NCBI GenBank assembly: GCA_045602245.1
Contig: JAZSBC010000152.1
Span: 14,503 to 78,502 of the forward strand
Direction: 5' to 3'
Source: Acutalibacteraceae bacterium
GTDB taxonomy: Bacteria; Bacillota; Clostridia; Oscillospirales; Acutalibacteraceae
DNA length: 64,000 bases
Shown piece after piece: positions 48,033 to 57,537 of the stretch. The notes beneath the pieces were generated by a model. It made no database searches and was not told where the DNA came from. It saw only the letters and a program-made list of their open reading frames with translations. How positions within the stretch are numbered: position 1 is the stretch's first letter; the number at the start of each line of letters is the position of its first letter. Made by a program: the position numbers and the translations under genes.

Positions 48033-50285
48033 ATGAAGTTAAAAAAATCAGAATATATAGACCCTATGACGGGTACCGTCGGCGATGAGCAGGAAGAAAG
48101 CTGTCACGGCGGCGGAAAAACGCATCCCGGTGCCTGTGTACCCGGAGGTATGGTTCAGCTTTCGCCCGATACGGTAACCGGCGGCGATAACGGCACGGGC
48201 TATAACTTTTGCCACAATACAATAGAGGGCTTCAGCTTCAACCATATGAGCGGTATCGGCTGGTACGGTGACCTCGGTAATCTGCAGATTATGCCCGTTA
48301 TCGGCGAAACCGACCTGCGAAGCGGAAGCAATGCGGAAGTTCCGTTCAACAAAGGCAAAGAGGGCTGGAAATCCGATTTTTCGCACGAGAACGAAAAGGC
48401 AAAGGCAGGCTATTATTCCGTTTTGCTTGAGCGCTACGGAATTTTTGCCGAAACAACCGTTACTCACCGCACGGGTATGCTCAGATTTACGTATCCGCAG
48501 ACCGACGATGCAAGGGTAATCTTCAATTTTTCGCGAAGAATCGGCGGCAAGGCGGATTTTGAAAAAATCGAAATAATAAATAACAACCGTATTGAAGGCT
48601 CGATTCACTGCACCCCCAAAGGCGGCGGCTTCGGCAGGGGACACGGTAATATTTCATATGACTTTTATTTTGCTCTTGAGTTTTCTCAGCCTGCGGAGAA
48701 ACTCCGTTTCTTTTCAAACGAAGAATTTGCCGCTGACGGGCTGAATAAATTTGAGAACGAAGACGCAGGTCTTGTTGCATTTTTCGGCGATAAACTCGGC
48801 GAACCGTTGCTTATAAAATGCGGTATTTCATACGTTGACCTTGACGGCGCACGCAATAATCTTGAAGCGGAATGTGCGGGTTTTGATTTTGACAAAACGT
48901 CAAAAAATGCTGCCGAGGAATGGGACAAAGCCTTTGAAAGAATTGACGTTACGGGCAACGACGAAACTGACCTTACGGTATTCTACACCTGCCTTTATCA
49001 CGTTCTTCTTGACCCGAGATATACTGCCGATGCAGACGGCAGATTCAACCTCAACGGTGAAATCTCGCAAAGAAACGATTATACCCACAGAATGGTGTTC
49101 AGCGGCTGGGACGTTTACAGAAGCGAATTTCCGCTGCTTACCGTTATTTCACCCGAAACGGTCAACGATGAGGTCAATTCTCTGCTTGAAATTGCAAAGC
49201 AGAAGAATTCCTCCTTCCCCCGATGGGAACTTTTGGGCATTGACGCAGGCTGTATGGTCGGCGACCCGGGCCTTATCGTTGTTGCCGATGCTTACGTTAA
49301 AGGCATCAGGAATTATGATTGCGATACGGCTTATGAAATTGCAAAGGCATCGTCGCTCTGCTCAAAAGAGCTTTTCGGCAAGCCTTTCCGTACTATCAGA
49401 CCCGTTTGCGAGCAATATACAAAAGATGCTTACGTACCCGATAAACTCAGCGATACTCTTGAATATCTGCTTGCCGATTATACAATGGCAAAAATGGCTC
49501 AGGCAATGGGTAAAACCGCCGATGCAGAGCATTTTATGAACCGAGCAAAGCGTTACGGCGAAAACTATAATAAGCTTCTCCGCTTTATGGCGCCCAGAAA
49601 AAAATCGGGCAGATTTATGTTTGAATGGAACGGATATGATGACGAGGGCTGCGTTGAAAGCAATATCCTGCAGCAATCTTGGTTTGTGCCTTATGATGTG
49701 AAGGGACTGAGCAGGCTTTTCGGCGAAAAGCGAACAGTAAAGCTGCTTGAAAAGTTCTTTAAAAAAGCAGACCTTTCAAAGCTCTGGAACAATGATTATA
49801 ACCATTCAAACGAGCCTTGCCATAACATAACCCACTATTTTTCGATGCTCGGTCTTGCCCACAGAACACAGTATTGGACAAGGCGTGTGCAGAAAGAAGC
49901 TTACCGTATAGGTGCGTTCGGTTTCTGCGGAAATGAGGATGTGGGTCAGCTTTCGGCATGGTATGTGCTTTCGGCGCTCGGCTTTGCGCAGCTTTGCCCC
50001 GCATACGATGCTTATTTTGTTAATACTCCGCTTTTTGAAAAGGCAAAAATAAAGCTGGATAAAAAGTATCATTCCTGCTCCGTTGCGGATACTTTCTCGG
50101 TTGAATGCGACGCAAATCCTCTTGATTTGCCCTATATCCGTTCAATTTCTCTCAACGGCAAAAAGCTTGACAGACCTTATCTTACTTACGGCGAAATAAC
50201 CGCAGGCGGTGTTCTCAAATTTGAGCTTTCAAAAGAACCCTGCGAAGATTTCGGCAAGAATGTGCCCGAGAATTTTTTTGAATAA
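48033..50285 (+). CDS. GH92 alpha-mannosidase (no signal peptide)
   Basis: PGGMVQLSPDT, HMSGIG, FSGWDVYR, ESN, HSNEP and GNEDVGQLSAWY motifs. Confidence 0.92.
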   Translation: MKLKKSEYIDPMTGTVGDEQEESCHGGGKTHPGACVPGGMVQLSPDTVTGGDNGTGYNFCHNTIEGFSFNHMSGIGWYGDLGNLQIMPVIGETDLRSGSNAEVPFNKGKEGWKSDFSHENEKAKAGYYSVLLERYGIFAETTVTHRTGMLRFTYPQTDDARVIFNFSRRIGGKADFEKIEIINNNRIEGSIHCTPKGGGFGRGHGNISYDFYFALEFSQPAEKLRFFSNEEFAADGLNKFENEDAGLVAFFGDKLGEPLLIKCGISYVDLDGARNNLEAECAGFDFDKTSKNAAEEWDKAFERIDVTGNDETDLTVFYTCLYHVLLDPRYTADADGRFNLNGEISQRNDYTHRMVFSGWDVYRSEFPLLTVISPETVNDEVNSLLEIAKQKNSSFPRWELLGIDAGCMVGDPGLIVVADAYVKGIRNYDCDTAYEIAKASSLCSKELFGKPFRTIRPVCEQYTKDAYVPDKLSDTLEYLLADYTMAKMAQAMGKTADAEHFMNRAKRYGENYNKLLRFMAPRKKSGRFMFEWNGYDDEGCVESNILQQSWFVPYDVKGLSRLFGEKRTVKLLEKFFKKADLSKLWNNDYNHSNEPCHNITHYFSMLGLAHRTQYWTRRVQKEAYRIGAFGFCGNEDVGQLSAWYVLSALGFAQLCPAYDAYFVNTPLFEKAKIKLDKKYHSCSVADTFSVECDANPLDLPYIRSISLNGKKLDRPYLTYGEITAGGVLKFELSKEPCEDFGKNVPENFFE

Positions 50286-50292
50286 CGAAACA

Positions 50293-50325
50293 ACCCGATG
50301 TTCGCAATGAACATCGGGTGTTTTT
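50293..50325. terminator. Terminator between convergent genes
   Basis: ACCCGATGTTC-GCAAT-GAACATCGGGT-GTTTTT. Confidence 0.8.
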
Positions 50326-51026
50326 CATTCTATTCTGTATTCGATTTCATCAATTTCAATAAGGTGTTCGTTTATCCAATAAATCTGCATATCTTCATAT
50401 GCTTTCCATTCTCCGAGATAAACCCGTTGGGGTATTTTGGATATGTTGAAAAGCAGTAAATCGAAGTTTTTTGTTTTGTGAATATGAACACAGGTGTTGC
50501 CTCCGAGCGCCCCCGTATCAACGTCTGTTACCGCTGCATAATACGTGCCTTCGGGAGAGAGGACTGTTTTCACAACCGTGATTTGCGGAAAAGGCTCAAG
50601 TGCAATTCCCACAAATAAAACAAGCGGTAAAACTGCGAGAGCTGAAAGGGTGATGCTTGCAATTAAAAAAAACAAGGACTTTACGTGTTTTATCAGCAAA
50701 ACCGCCGAGCATATAAAACAAATCATAATGCAGGCTGTAACAACGGCTTTTAATTTGCTTTCATAAAGATATATGCCCAAGTTGGCTAACGTTAAAAACG
50801 GCAGTAAAACGAGCATAGCCGCATCAATCTTTTTGTTGATTTCTTCTTTGCTGATGAAAGATAAAACAACGCCTGCAGCGTAAATTACCGCAAAAATAAC
50901 TGCACAAACCGAGTAATTGAACAGCGAAAATTCATAACCGAAGAGACCGCAGACTGCTTTGCATACGGGCAGGAAAAGGTTGATAACCGTCAGAGCGCGG
51001 ATAACAAAAGATAAAGATATTTTCAT
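50325..51026 (-). CDS. Membrane protein with C-terminal DUF5412-like domain
   Basis: About 5 TMs followed by SPEGTY...GALGG...IYWINE. Confidence 0.55.
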   Translation of the reverse strand: MKISLSFVIRALTVINLFLPVCKAVCGLFGYEFSLFNYSVCAVIFAVIYAAGVVLSFISKEEINKKIDAAMLVLLPFLTLANLGIYLYESKLKAVVTACIMICFICSAVLLIKHVKSLFFLIASITLSALAVLPLVLFVGIALEPFPQITVVKTVLSPEGTYYAAVTDVDTGALGGNTCVHIHKTKNFDLLLFNISKIPQRVYLGEWKAYEDMQIYWINEHLIEIDEIEYRIE

Positions 51027-51032
51027 ATTTCT

Positions 51033-51671
51033 TTACTCCTTACCCAGCATAGCTGCGTAGGTGCTTGACGAAAGCTTTGATACAAGGCAGAGTATAATTG
51101 TAAACAGAATTCCGATAGAGTGATATAACGTAAGCATAAACGTTCCTTCAAGAAAATCAACGATATCAGTGCCTGAAAATGCTTTTATGAAATCAAAAAT
51201 TGAAAATTCATAGTGGAAGCCGCACCATAACCCTGCGCCGACGGTGAGCATAAACGTTATCAGAACCGAAAAATTGCTGAAAGCTTTTTTGCTCTTATAG
51301 AGCTTTATAAAATACCAGTTTGCAAGCGAAAGCATAAAGCCCGTTGCAGGGATAACAATGTTGAAAGCCGCGAAGCCGTTATCGAAACCGTGAGGTGTTG
51401 CCGCCTCAATCGCAACGCCGGCCGTAATAATCAGAAACGATGCGAAAAGCAATACGGATTGCAGAATTGAAGCCTTCCAATCGTTGATTTTTGTGATTTT
51501 GACAGCCTTGACTTCAGCCTTTTCGGTGTTCATTGAAGCAGACATACATTTATAAACGGAATAACACTCGGCGCAGCTGTTGAGATGCTCTTCAACCGTT
51601 TTTTCGGTTTCTTCGCTGCAACACTTATCAATATAAAGCGGAATCAAGTCCTGAATTATTTTACAGTTCAT
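51033..51671 (-). CDS. zf-HC2 anti-sigma factor, multi-TM
   Basis: MNCKIIQDLIPLY...HLNSCAEC (HxxxCxxC); overlaps the sigma gene stop. Confidence 0.9.
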   Translation of the reverse strand: MNCKIIQDLIPLYIDKCCSEETEKTVEEHLNSCAECYSVYKCMSASMNTEKAEVKAVKITKINDWKASILQSVLLFASFLIITAGVAIEAATPHGFDNGFAAFNIVIPATGFMLSLANWYFIKLYKSKKAFSNFSVLITFMLTVGAGLWCGFHYEFSIFDFIKAFSGTDIVDFLEGTFMLTLYHSIGILFTIILCLVSKLSSSTYAAMLGKE

Positions 51672-52149
51672 ATTCTTCCCTCATTCTTTCTGCTAATTTT
51701 TGTTTGGCTCGGTAAAATGTGACCCTTGCCCAGCTTTCGCTTTTGCCGAAGATTTTGCTGATATCCGTCAGAGAAACCTGACCGAGTACGTTGAGCATAA
51801 ACACTTCTTTATAAGGCTCGTCAAGAGTGTGCAAGCAGAGCAGCGCCTTTTCCGTAAGCTCTTTCTGAATAAAAGCATCTTCGATATCGTCCGATTTTAC
51901 GGATTCACCGTTTTCGATATCGGTCAGCTTTTTATGCTCGTTGTACCAGGAAAAATAGGTGTTTTTGGCAATCTGACACAGCCAGACGGAAACCTTGTTT
52001 TCGTTTTTTAAGCCTGCGATGTTCATATATGCCCTGAAAAACGTTTCCTGCGTGAGCTCTTCCGCAAGCGACGGGTTGCCGCAAAGCTTTATCAGATATT
52101 TATAGATGAACCCCTGATTTTCGCTGAAGATTTTCTCAAAATCTGCCAC
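51661..52149 (-). CDS. ECF sigma-70 factor
   Basis: AEELTQETF, WLCQIAKN and SESWARVTFYRAK motifs. Confidence 0.93.
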   Translation of the reverse strand: MADFEKIFSENQGFIYKYLIKLCGNPSLAEELTQETFFRAYMNIAGLKNENKVSVWLCQIAKNTYFSWYNEHKKLTDIENGESVKSDDIEDAFIQKELTEKALLCLHTLDEPYKEVFMLNVLGQVSLTDISKIFGKSESWARVTFYRAKQKLAERMREEYEL

Positions 52150-52169
52150 ATTTTCACCGCCCTTTCACT

Positions 52170-52200
52170 TATTAGATTGAAAAAAATCGGAATCGTTACA
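52170..52200 (-). promoter_or_regulatory. Candidate ECF autoregulatory promoter
   Basis: TGTAAC (-35 AAC) ... ATCTAAT just upstream of the sigma gene RBS. Confidence 0.5.
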
Positions 52201-52303
52201 AAAATTATATAACTTTTTCTGCTATATTTCAATCCGCTGTCGACAAACAGGCAAAACTATGATAAACTGTATCTGTTATAATTGACAGAAAGAGGAAAAA
52301 CCT

Positions 52304-54478
52304 ATGAAAAAACCAGCACTCAACTTCGGCGAATTCAGGCAGTATGATAAAGTTTTTATTACCGCTGAAAACGGCATAAAGCCCGAGAAAGTAACGTCAG
52401 TTGCGTTTGACGGCGAAGTTCTTTATATCGCTCAGAATGATTCGCTTATCGAATATAACAACGGCAAAATGAAGAAAATCAACGCAAAGGTTTCAAAGCT
52501 TTTCACAAGAAACGGCGTTCTTTATGCCGCAATCGGCAATTCGCTTGCTGAAATAAAAAAAGGCAAGGTTAAGAAAATTGCGGATTTTGATGCACCCGTT
52601 GTTGATATTTCGGTTGCGCTCGATAATTCGGTGTGGCTTATTACGGAAAACAATCTTTATCTTGAGCAGAACAATGAGTTCGTTGAAATCGTTGACCTTC
52701 CCGAAGCAACGGTCTGCCTTGCCGCACTTGATAACAAATCAAAATACGGCGAAACGGTTTATATCGGCTCGGCTGTTGAGGGTCTTATGTCAATGAAGGG
52801 CAAGCGCCGCCATTGGGCAGAGCTTCTCCCCGATACCACGGGTGCGTTGAGCAAAAAAATAAAATGTGCCGCCATTGACGGCCTCGGTCATCTCTGGGTT
52901 GGCTCAGACGAAGGTCTTAACATCTATGACGGCAGAAATTATTGGTTCAACGGCAACGATTTCTATTCTGTGCCTGACGGCTCGTTCAACGATATGTTCT
53001 TTGCCGCAGACGGCAAAAAGTATTTTGCAACAAACACGGGCATCATCACCCTTGCTGAAGGCAAAATTTCATATTTTTCATACGGTGTATGGCTTATGCA
53101 TCCGACGGTTACAAAAATCACCGTTTCCGATAAAGGCACCATTGCCGCTGTTACTCCCCGAGGCATCAGCCTTATCACTTCAAAGGATATGACCCTTGAG
53201 CAGAAAGCGGCTCATTATGACGAAATGGCGGTTAAATATTTTACACGCAACGAGGGCTATCAGGTTTCAAGAGAGCTTCGCAAATACGGTGATCTTGATT
53301 CGGGCTGGCTCCCCAATTCAGATAATGACGGACTTTTTACGGGTCTTTACTGCGCGAGCCAGTGCTTCCGCTATAAGGTAACGGGCGATAAGCAGGCAAA
53401 AGAGAACGCCAAAAAAGCTGTTGAGGCGATGATTAAGCTTACCGAGATTACGGGCAAGCCCGGTTTCACCGCAAGGGCAACAAGATATTCTTATGAAGAA
53501 AACTTCAAAACGGGCAACAGAGAAGAATGGCATATCTGCGAGGATAACCCCGATTGCGAATGGCTCGGCGAAACCTCAAGCGATGAGATGACCGGCCACT
53601 ATTTTGCATACGGAATTTATTATGACCTTGTTGCCGATGCGAAAGAAAAGAAGAAAATCGCAAAGGTTGTTAAAACGATAACCGACCATATTCTTGAAAA
53701 TAATTTCCATCTCTGCGACGTTGACGGAGTGCCTACTACATGGGCAAACTGGGAGCCTGACCTTCTCAACAACGATGACAGATGGTTCTATGAAAGAGGA
53801 ACAAATTCGCTTGAAATTCTTTCTTTCCTCAAGACTACATATCACGTAACGGGCGAAGAAAAATACAACGAAGTTTATAATATGCTCATCAAAAAGCATC
53901 ATTATGCAATGAACTGCATTCAGTATAAATACGAAGACGGTCACGTTGCTCATATCGACGACCAGCTTGATTTTATCAATATTTATCCGCTTATTGTTTA
54001 TAACGATAACAATGCCGAAAACGAAATTTTCAAAATGGGTCTTACCCATCATTGGGAATATGAGAGAGTTGAGCGCTCGCCCTTCTTCAACGTTGTTTAC
54101 GGCGCACTTACCGATAATTATTGCGATATAGAAAATGCGGCAAAGTCGCTTTCCGAAATGAACCTTGACCTTATCAGATGGCCCGTTTTCAACAGCTACA
54201 GAAAAGACCTTGTATGGGATACGGAGCAGGAGGCAAGAGGAATCCCTGCCCAGCTCAAATATCCCGTTGAGTATTCGGCAAGAGTGCTTGTTCACTATGA
54301 CGGCAATCAGTTTGTGTGCGATTCGGGCGCAGAGGAATTTGTTGATATCAACACCAAAGAGGTTAACTGCACGCTTACTCTGCCCAGCACAAATGCAAAC
54401 GGTATGAGAGCGCAGATGCCCTATATCTATCTTCTTCCTTACTGGATGGGAAGATATCACGGTTTGATCGGCGATTAA
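52304..54478 (+). CDS. Uncharacterised protein: N-terminal Reg_prop-like beta-propeller plus C-terminal (alpha/alpha)-barrel-like domain
   Basis: Propeller blades (DGLGHLWVGSDEGL, DGKKYFATNTGI). Acidic/aromatic helical domain (DNDGLFTG, GETSSDEMTGH, TWANWEP). Confidence 0.6.
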   Translation: MKKPALNFGEFRQYDKVFITAENGIKPEKVTSVAFDGEVLYIAQNDSLIEYNNGKMKKINAKVSKLFTRNGVLYAAIGNSLAEIKKGKVKKIADFDAPVVDISVALDNSVWLITENNLYLEQNNEFVEIVDLPEATVCLAALDNKSKYGETVYIGSAVEGLMSMKGKRRHWAELLPDTTGALSKKIKCAAIDGLGHLWVGSDEGLNIYDGRNYWFNGNDFYSVPDGSFNDMFFAADGKKYFATNTGIITLAEGKISYFSYGVWLMHPTVTKITVSDKGTIAAVTPRGISLITSKDMTLEQKAAHYDEMAVKYFTRNEGYQVSRELRKYGDLDSGWLPNSDNDGLFTGLYCASQCFRYKVTGDKQAKENAKKAVEAMIKLTEITGKPGFTARATRYSYEENFKTGNREEWHICEDNPDCEWLGETSSDEMTGHYFAYGIYYDLVADAKEKKKIAKVVKTITDHILENNFHLCDVDGVPTTWANWEPDLLNNDDRWFYERGTNSLEILSFLKTTYHVTGEEKYNEVYNMLIKKHHYAMNCIQYKYEDGHVAHIDDQLDFINIYPLIVYNDNNAENEIFKMGLTHHWEYERVERSPFFNVVYGALTDNYCDIENAAKSLSEMNLDLIRWPVFNSYRKDLVWDTEQEARGIPAQLKYPVEYSARVLVHYDGNQFVCDSGAEEFVDINTKEVNCTLTLPSTNANGMRAQMPYIYLLPYWMGRYHGLIGD

Positions 54479-54484
54479 TTAACT

Positions 54485-54509
54485 GTAGGGACAGCCCTTG
54501 CGGCTGTCC
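54485..54509 (+). repeat. GTAG-type REP-like hairpin
   Basis: GTAG-GGACAGCC-CTTGC-GGCTGTCC. Confidence 0.55.
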
Positions 54510-54525
54510 TTCAATGCAAAAACAG

Positions 54526-54563
54526 ACTTGCCCTCCTCTGATGAGGAAGGCAAGTTTTATTTT
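54526..54563. terminator. Terminator between convergent genes
   Basis: ACTTGCC-C-TCCTC-TGAT-GAGGA-A-GGCAAGT-TTTATTTT. Confidence 0.75.
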
Positions 54564-54565
54564 TG

Positions 54566-55474
54566 TTATTTAATATTCAGCAATTCATCTGCCGTCGGCA
54601 TTGAAGCATCTGCGCCCATTCGGCTAACTGCGATGCTGCCTGCCTTGTTACCCATATCGCAGGCGGCATAAATATCGCCCGTACGGACGTATTCAAGAGC
54701 CATTGCGGCTGTGAAGCAATCGCCTGCGGCAGTTGTGTCAACAACCATGCAGGGGTATGGCGGCATTATTCTGATTGATTCGCCGTCAAAAACGGAGCAT
54801 CCTCTTTCGCCGAGCTTCAGCACAACGTATTCGGCTTTGCTTCGTTCTTTGAGAATTTCGGATGCTTTTAGTATGCTTTCTTCATCTTCGGGGAAAATGC
54901 CCGTCAATGCTTTCGTTTCGCTTTCGTTGGGGGTTATAATCGTTGCACCCTGCATTCTTTCAAGCGCAAAATTCTTGGCAGGTCCGCAGTCGATAACCGT
55001 TACCGCCTTTTTCTCAATAGCTCGGTTTACACAGCTGATAACCGCATCTTCGTTTGTTTCAAACTGAACAAGCAGAAGGTCAAGTGAATCTATGCTGTCG
55101 GCGGCTTCATCGGGGTCAATCTCTGCGTTTGCACCCTCATAAACAACAATGCGGTTTCTGCCGTTGCCGTCAATTATGATTGCGGCAAGACCTGTCTGAG
55201 TACCTGAGAGCGAAACAGCCGAGGTTTCAACGTTGTTCTTCTTAAGGTTTTCAATCAGTCTGCGTCCGTTGTCGTCATCGGCAACCTTGCCGGCCATTTT
55301 AACCTGCGCGCCGAGCCTTGCAAGACCAACAGCCTGATTTGCGCCTTTTCCGCCGTTTGCGTAACCGTAGGTAGTGCCGAGAACGTTTTCACCGATTTCG
55401 GGTACTGTTTCCATATTGAGAATAAAATCCGCATTGATGCTGCCCATAACGGCGGCTTTTATGTTTTTATACAT
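54566..55474 (-). CDS. rbsK: Ribokinase (PfkB family)
   Basis: GSINAD, GGKGANQAV, PNESE and DTTAAGD motifs. Confidence 0.9.
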   Translation of the reverse strand: MYKNIKAAVMGSINADFILNMETVPEIGENVLGTTYGYANGGKGANQAVGLARLGAQVKMAGKVADDDNGRRLIENLKKNNVETSAVSLSGTQTGLAAIIIDGNGRNRIVVYEGANAEIDPDEAADSIDSLDLLLVQFETNEDAVISCVNRAIEKKAVTVIDCGPAKNFALERMQGATIITPNESETKALTGIFPEDEESILKASEILKERSKAEYVVLKLGERGCSVFDGESIRIMPPYPCMVVDTTAAGDCFTAAMALEYVRTGDIYAACDMGNKAGSIAVSRMGADASMPTADELLNIK

Positions 55475-55483
55475 ATTTACTCC

Positions 55484-56146
55484 TTAAAGAACAGCTCTGA
55501 ATTCTTCGGCGGCTTCTTTCATATCCTTGCCTCTGATAAACAGACTGCTTGTGCCGAGCACGAATATATCTGCGCCGTTCCTGCTGAGCTTTCTGCCGTT
55601 TTCGGGGCTTATGTTTCCGTCAACTTCAATGGGAATATCAGCATATCCCCATTCGTTGAGAAGCTCTCTGGTGCGGCGTGTTTTCATTTCTGCGCCCGCA
55701 AAAAGCTTCTGACCTGCAAAGCCGGGGCTTACGGTCATAACAAGAGCCATATCAATATAATCCGCAAGATATCTTAGGTTTTCGGGCGGTGTTTGGGGAT
55801 TAATCGCAATGCCTGCCTTGATGCCTTTTTCTTTTATTTGCGAAAGTGTTCTCTGCGCGTGAATATCCGCCTCGTAATGAATGCAGAGAATATCGTTTCC
55901 GTCAAGCTTCATTGCATTTATGAAACGGGAAGGGTCATTGACCATCATATGAACGTCAAGCGGAATATCCGTTATATCTTTTACCGCGTTGACAAGGTCG
56001 AAGCCGAGCGTTATATTCGGAACGAAACTGCCGTCCATAATATCAAGATGCAGGTAATCAATGCCTGCGTTTTTTAATTCGCCAACGGAATTTTCGAGAT
56101 TCATAAGGTCGGCACACATCAGTGATGCCGATAACGTTTTTTTCAT
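55484..56146 (-). CDS. rpe: Ribulose-phosphate 3-epimerase family
   Basis: HLDIMDG-FVPN, DVHMM, MTVSPGFAGQ and EVDG motifs; AlsE-like activity is not excluded. Confidence 0.85.
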   Translation of the reverse strand: MKKTLSASLMCADLMNLENSVGELKNAGIDYLHLDIMDGSFVPNITLGFDLVNAVKDITDIPLDVHMMVNDPSRFINAMKLDGNDILCIHYEADIHAQRTLSQIKEKGIKAGIAINPQTPPENLRYLADYIDMALVMTVSPGFAGQKLFAGAEMKTRRTRELLNEWGYADIPIEVDGNISPENGRKLSRNGADIFVLGTSSLFIRGKDMKEAAEEFRAVL

Positions 56147-56158
56147 TGTTACTGCTCC

Positions 56159-56884
56159 TTATATTTCGGGCTTGAATGACGGCATAAGCTCAAGCTTGAA
56201 CAAATTCGCTTTGTGCTTTTTGTCGATAATTTCTTTTTTGACAGGGTCTGCAATATAGCCCGTGCGTATATATACGTCAAGCTCCGCATAGGTGAAACCG
56301 AGGTTTTCTTCGTCTGTTTTGCCGCACAGACCGTCAATGGGAGTTTTGTCAACAAGTTCTTTTGGCAGACCGAGAAGATAGCCGATTTCTTTAACTTCGG
56401 TTACCGTAAGGTGTGACATAGGCGAAAAATCGCCTACGGAATCGCCGTAACGGGTTGAATAGCCTACCCAGTCTTCAGAGAGGTTGCAGGTGTTGCAGAC
56501 TCTGCCGTTGTTGCTCTGGGATACGGCATAAAGTGTTGTCATTCTTATTCTCGGCGGAAGATTTGTTCTTGACTGCACCGAAAGCTCCATATCTTTCGGC
56601 ATATTTGCTGTTATCGCATCAACAGCATCTTTGATGTTGACAACATAATGCTTGATTCCGAGAGTGTTTACAAGAAGATATGCCATATCAATATCGTGCT
56701 GTTCGCCCTGAGGCATAAGTACGCCTATTACTCGGTCCTTGCCGAGGGCTTCAACGCAGAGAGCTGCCGCAACGGAGCTGTCTTTTCCGCCCGATATGCC
56801 GACAACGGCGTTGCAGTCGTTATCCTTGAAAAAATTGCGTATCCATTCAACGCAGTCGTTTTTTACTTTGTTTGCATCAAACAT
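56159..56884 (-). CDS. nadE: NH3-dependent NAD+ synthetase
   Basis: GISGGKDS, RIRM, GYSTRYGD and TDEENLG motifs; no glutaminase domain. Confidence 0.94.
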   Translation of the reverse strand: MFDANKVKNDCVEWIRNFFKDNDCNAVVGISGGKDSSVAAALCVEALGKDRVIGVLMPQGEQHDIDMAYLLVNTLGIKHYVVNIKDAVDAITANMPKDMELSVQSRTNLPPRIRMTTLYAVSQSNNGRVCNTCNLSEDWVGYSTRYGDSVGDFSPMSHLTVTEVKEIGYLLGLPKELVDKTPIDGLCGKTDEENLGFTYAELDVYIRTGYIADPVKKEIIDKKHKANLFKLELMPSFKPEI

Positions 56885-56896
56885 AATGATTTCTCC

Positions 56897-57403
56897 TTAT
56901 TCGCCGATAATATCTATCTGGCACATCTTCATTGTTGTTATCGCCGCTTCGTGGGTTTCGGGGGTAACGCCTGCACAGCAGTTTTTGTCAACGGTAACGT
57001 TTGCATCGGGGAAGGTTGCCTTGATAATCAGCGCATTTGAAACAACGCAGATGTCGGTACAAAGTCCGATGAGTTCAACGTCTTCGAGCTTTTCCTTGCT
57101 CCAGTTATCCCAGCCGAAATGGGGCTTATCTATTATCTTGCAGCCTTCAACGTAGAGTCCGTCTGCAATTTCCCAGCCCTTGGTGTTCTTTATGCAATGG
57201 GGAACGGGCAGCTTTTTGCCCTCGGGGGTTTCAAGATAGTTTTCGTAATGAGTATCTCTTGTGAAAATAACTTCATCACTGTTTTCGATATATTTCTTTA
57301 TCTTCTCTTTCACGGCAGGAAGTATCGCAACGGCCTCCTTTGTACCGAGCGCCATATCAATAAAATCATTCTGCATATCAACAACTATCAATGTTTTTTT
57401 CAT
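56897..57403 (-). CDS. pncA: Nicotinamidase (isochorismatase family)
   Basis: VDMQNDF, DTH, PHC and GLCTDICV motifs; directly upstream of nadE. Confidence 0.8.
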   Translation of the reverse strand: MKKTLIVVDMQNDFIDMALGTKEAVAILPAVKEKIKKYIENSDEVIFTRDTHYENYLETPEGKKLPVPHCIKNTKGWEIADGLYVEGCKIIDKPHFGWDNWSKEKLEDVELIGLCTDICVVSNALIIKATFPDANVTVDKNCCAGVTPETHEAAITTMKMCQIDIIGE

Positions 57404-57426
57404 ATCAATACCTCCTGTAATTTTAT

Positions 57427-57506
57427 ATTATATCACAAATATAATGCGTGTGCAACGGTTGTAATATTCAAAATCACTTGAAACCGATGAGAAGATGATA
57501 TATAAT
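57427..57506. promoter_or_regulatory. Divergent sigma-A promoters (pncA operon and GDPD)
   Basis: Minus strand: TTGCAC-17-TATAAT (57455-57427). Plus strand: TTGAAA-17-TATAAT (57478-57506). Confidence 0.65.
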
Positions 57507-57537
57507 TAATTATTATGTGACGTAAAGGAGAAAAACG

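Noticed and set aside
57436-57465. NrtR operator upstream of pncA
   Set aside because: Only a weak CGT-N5-ACG dyad; does not fit the GT-N7-AC consensus.
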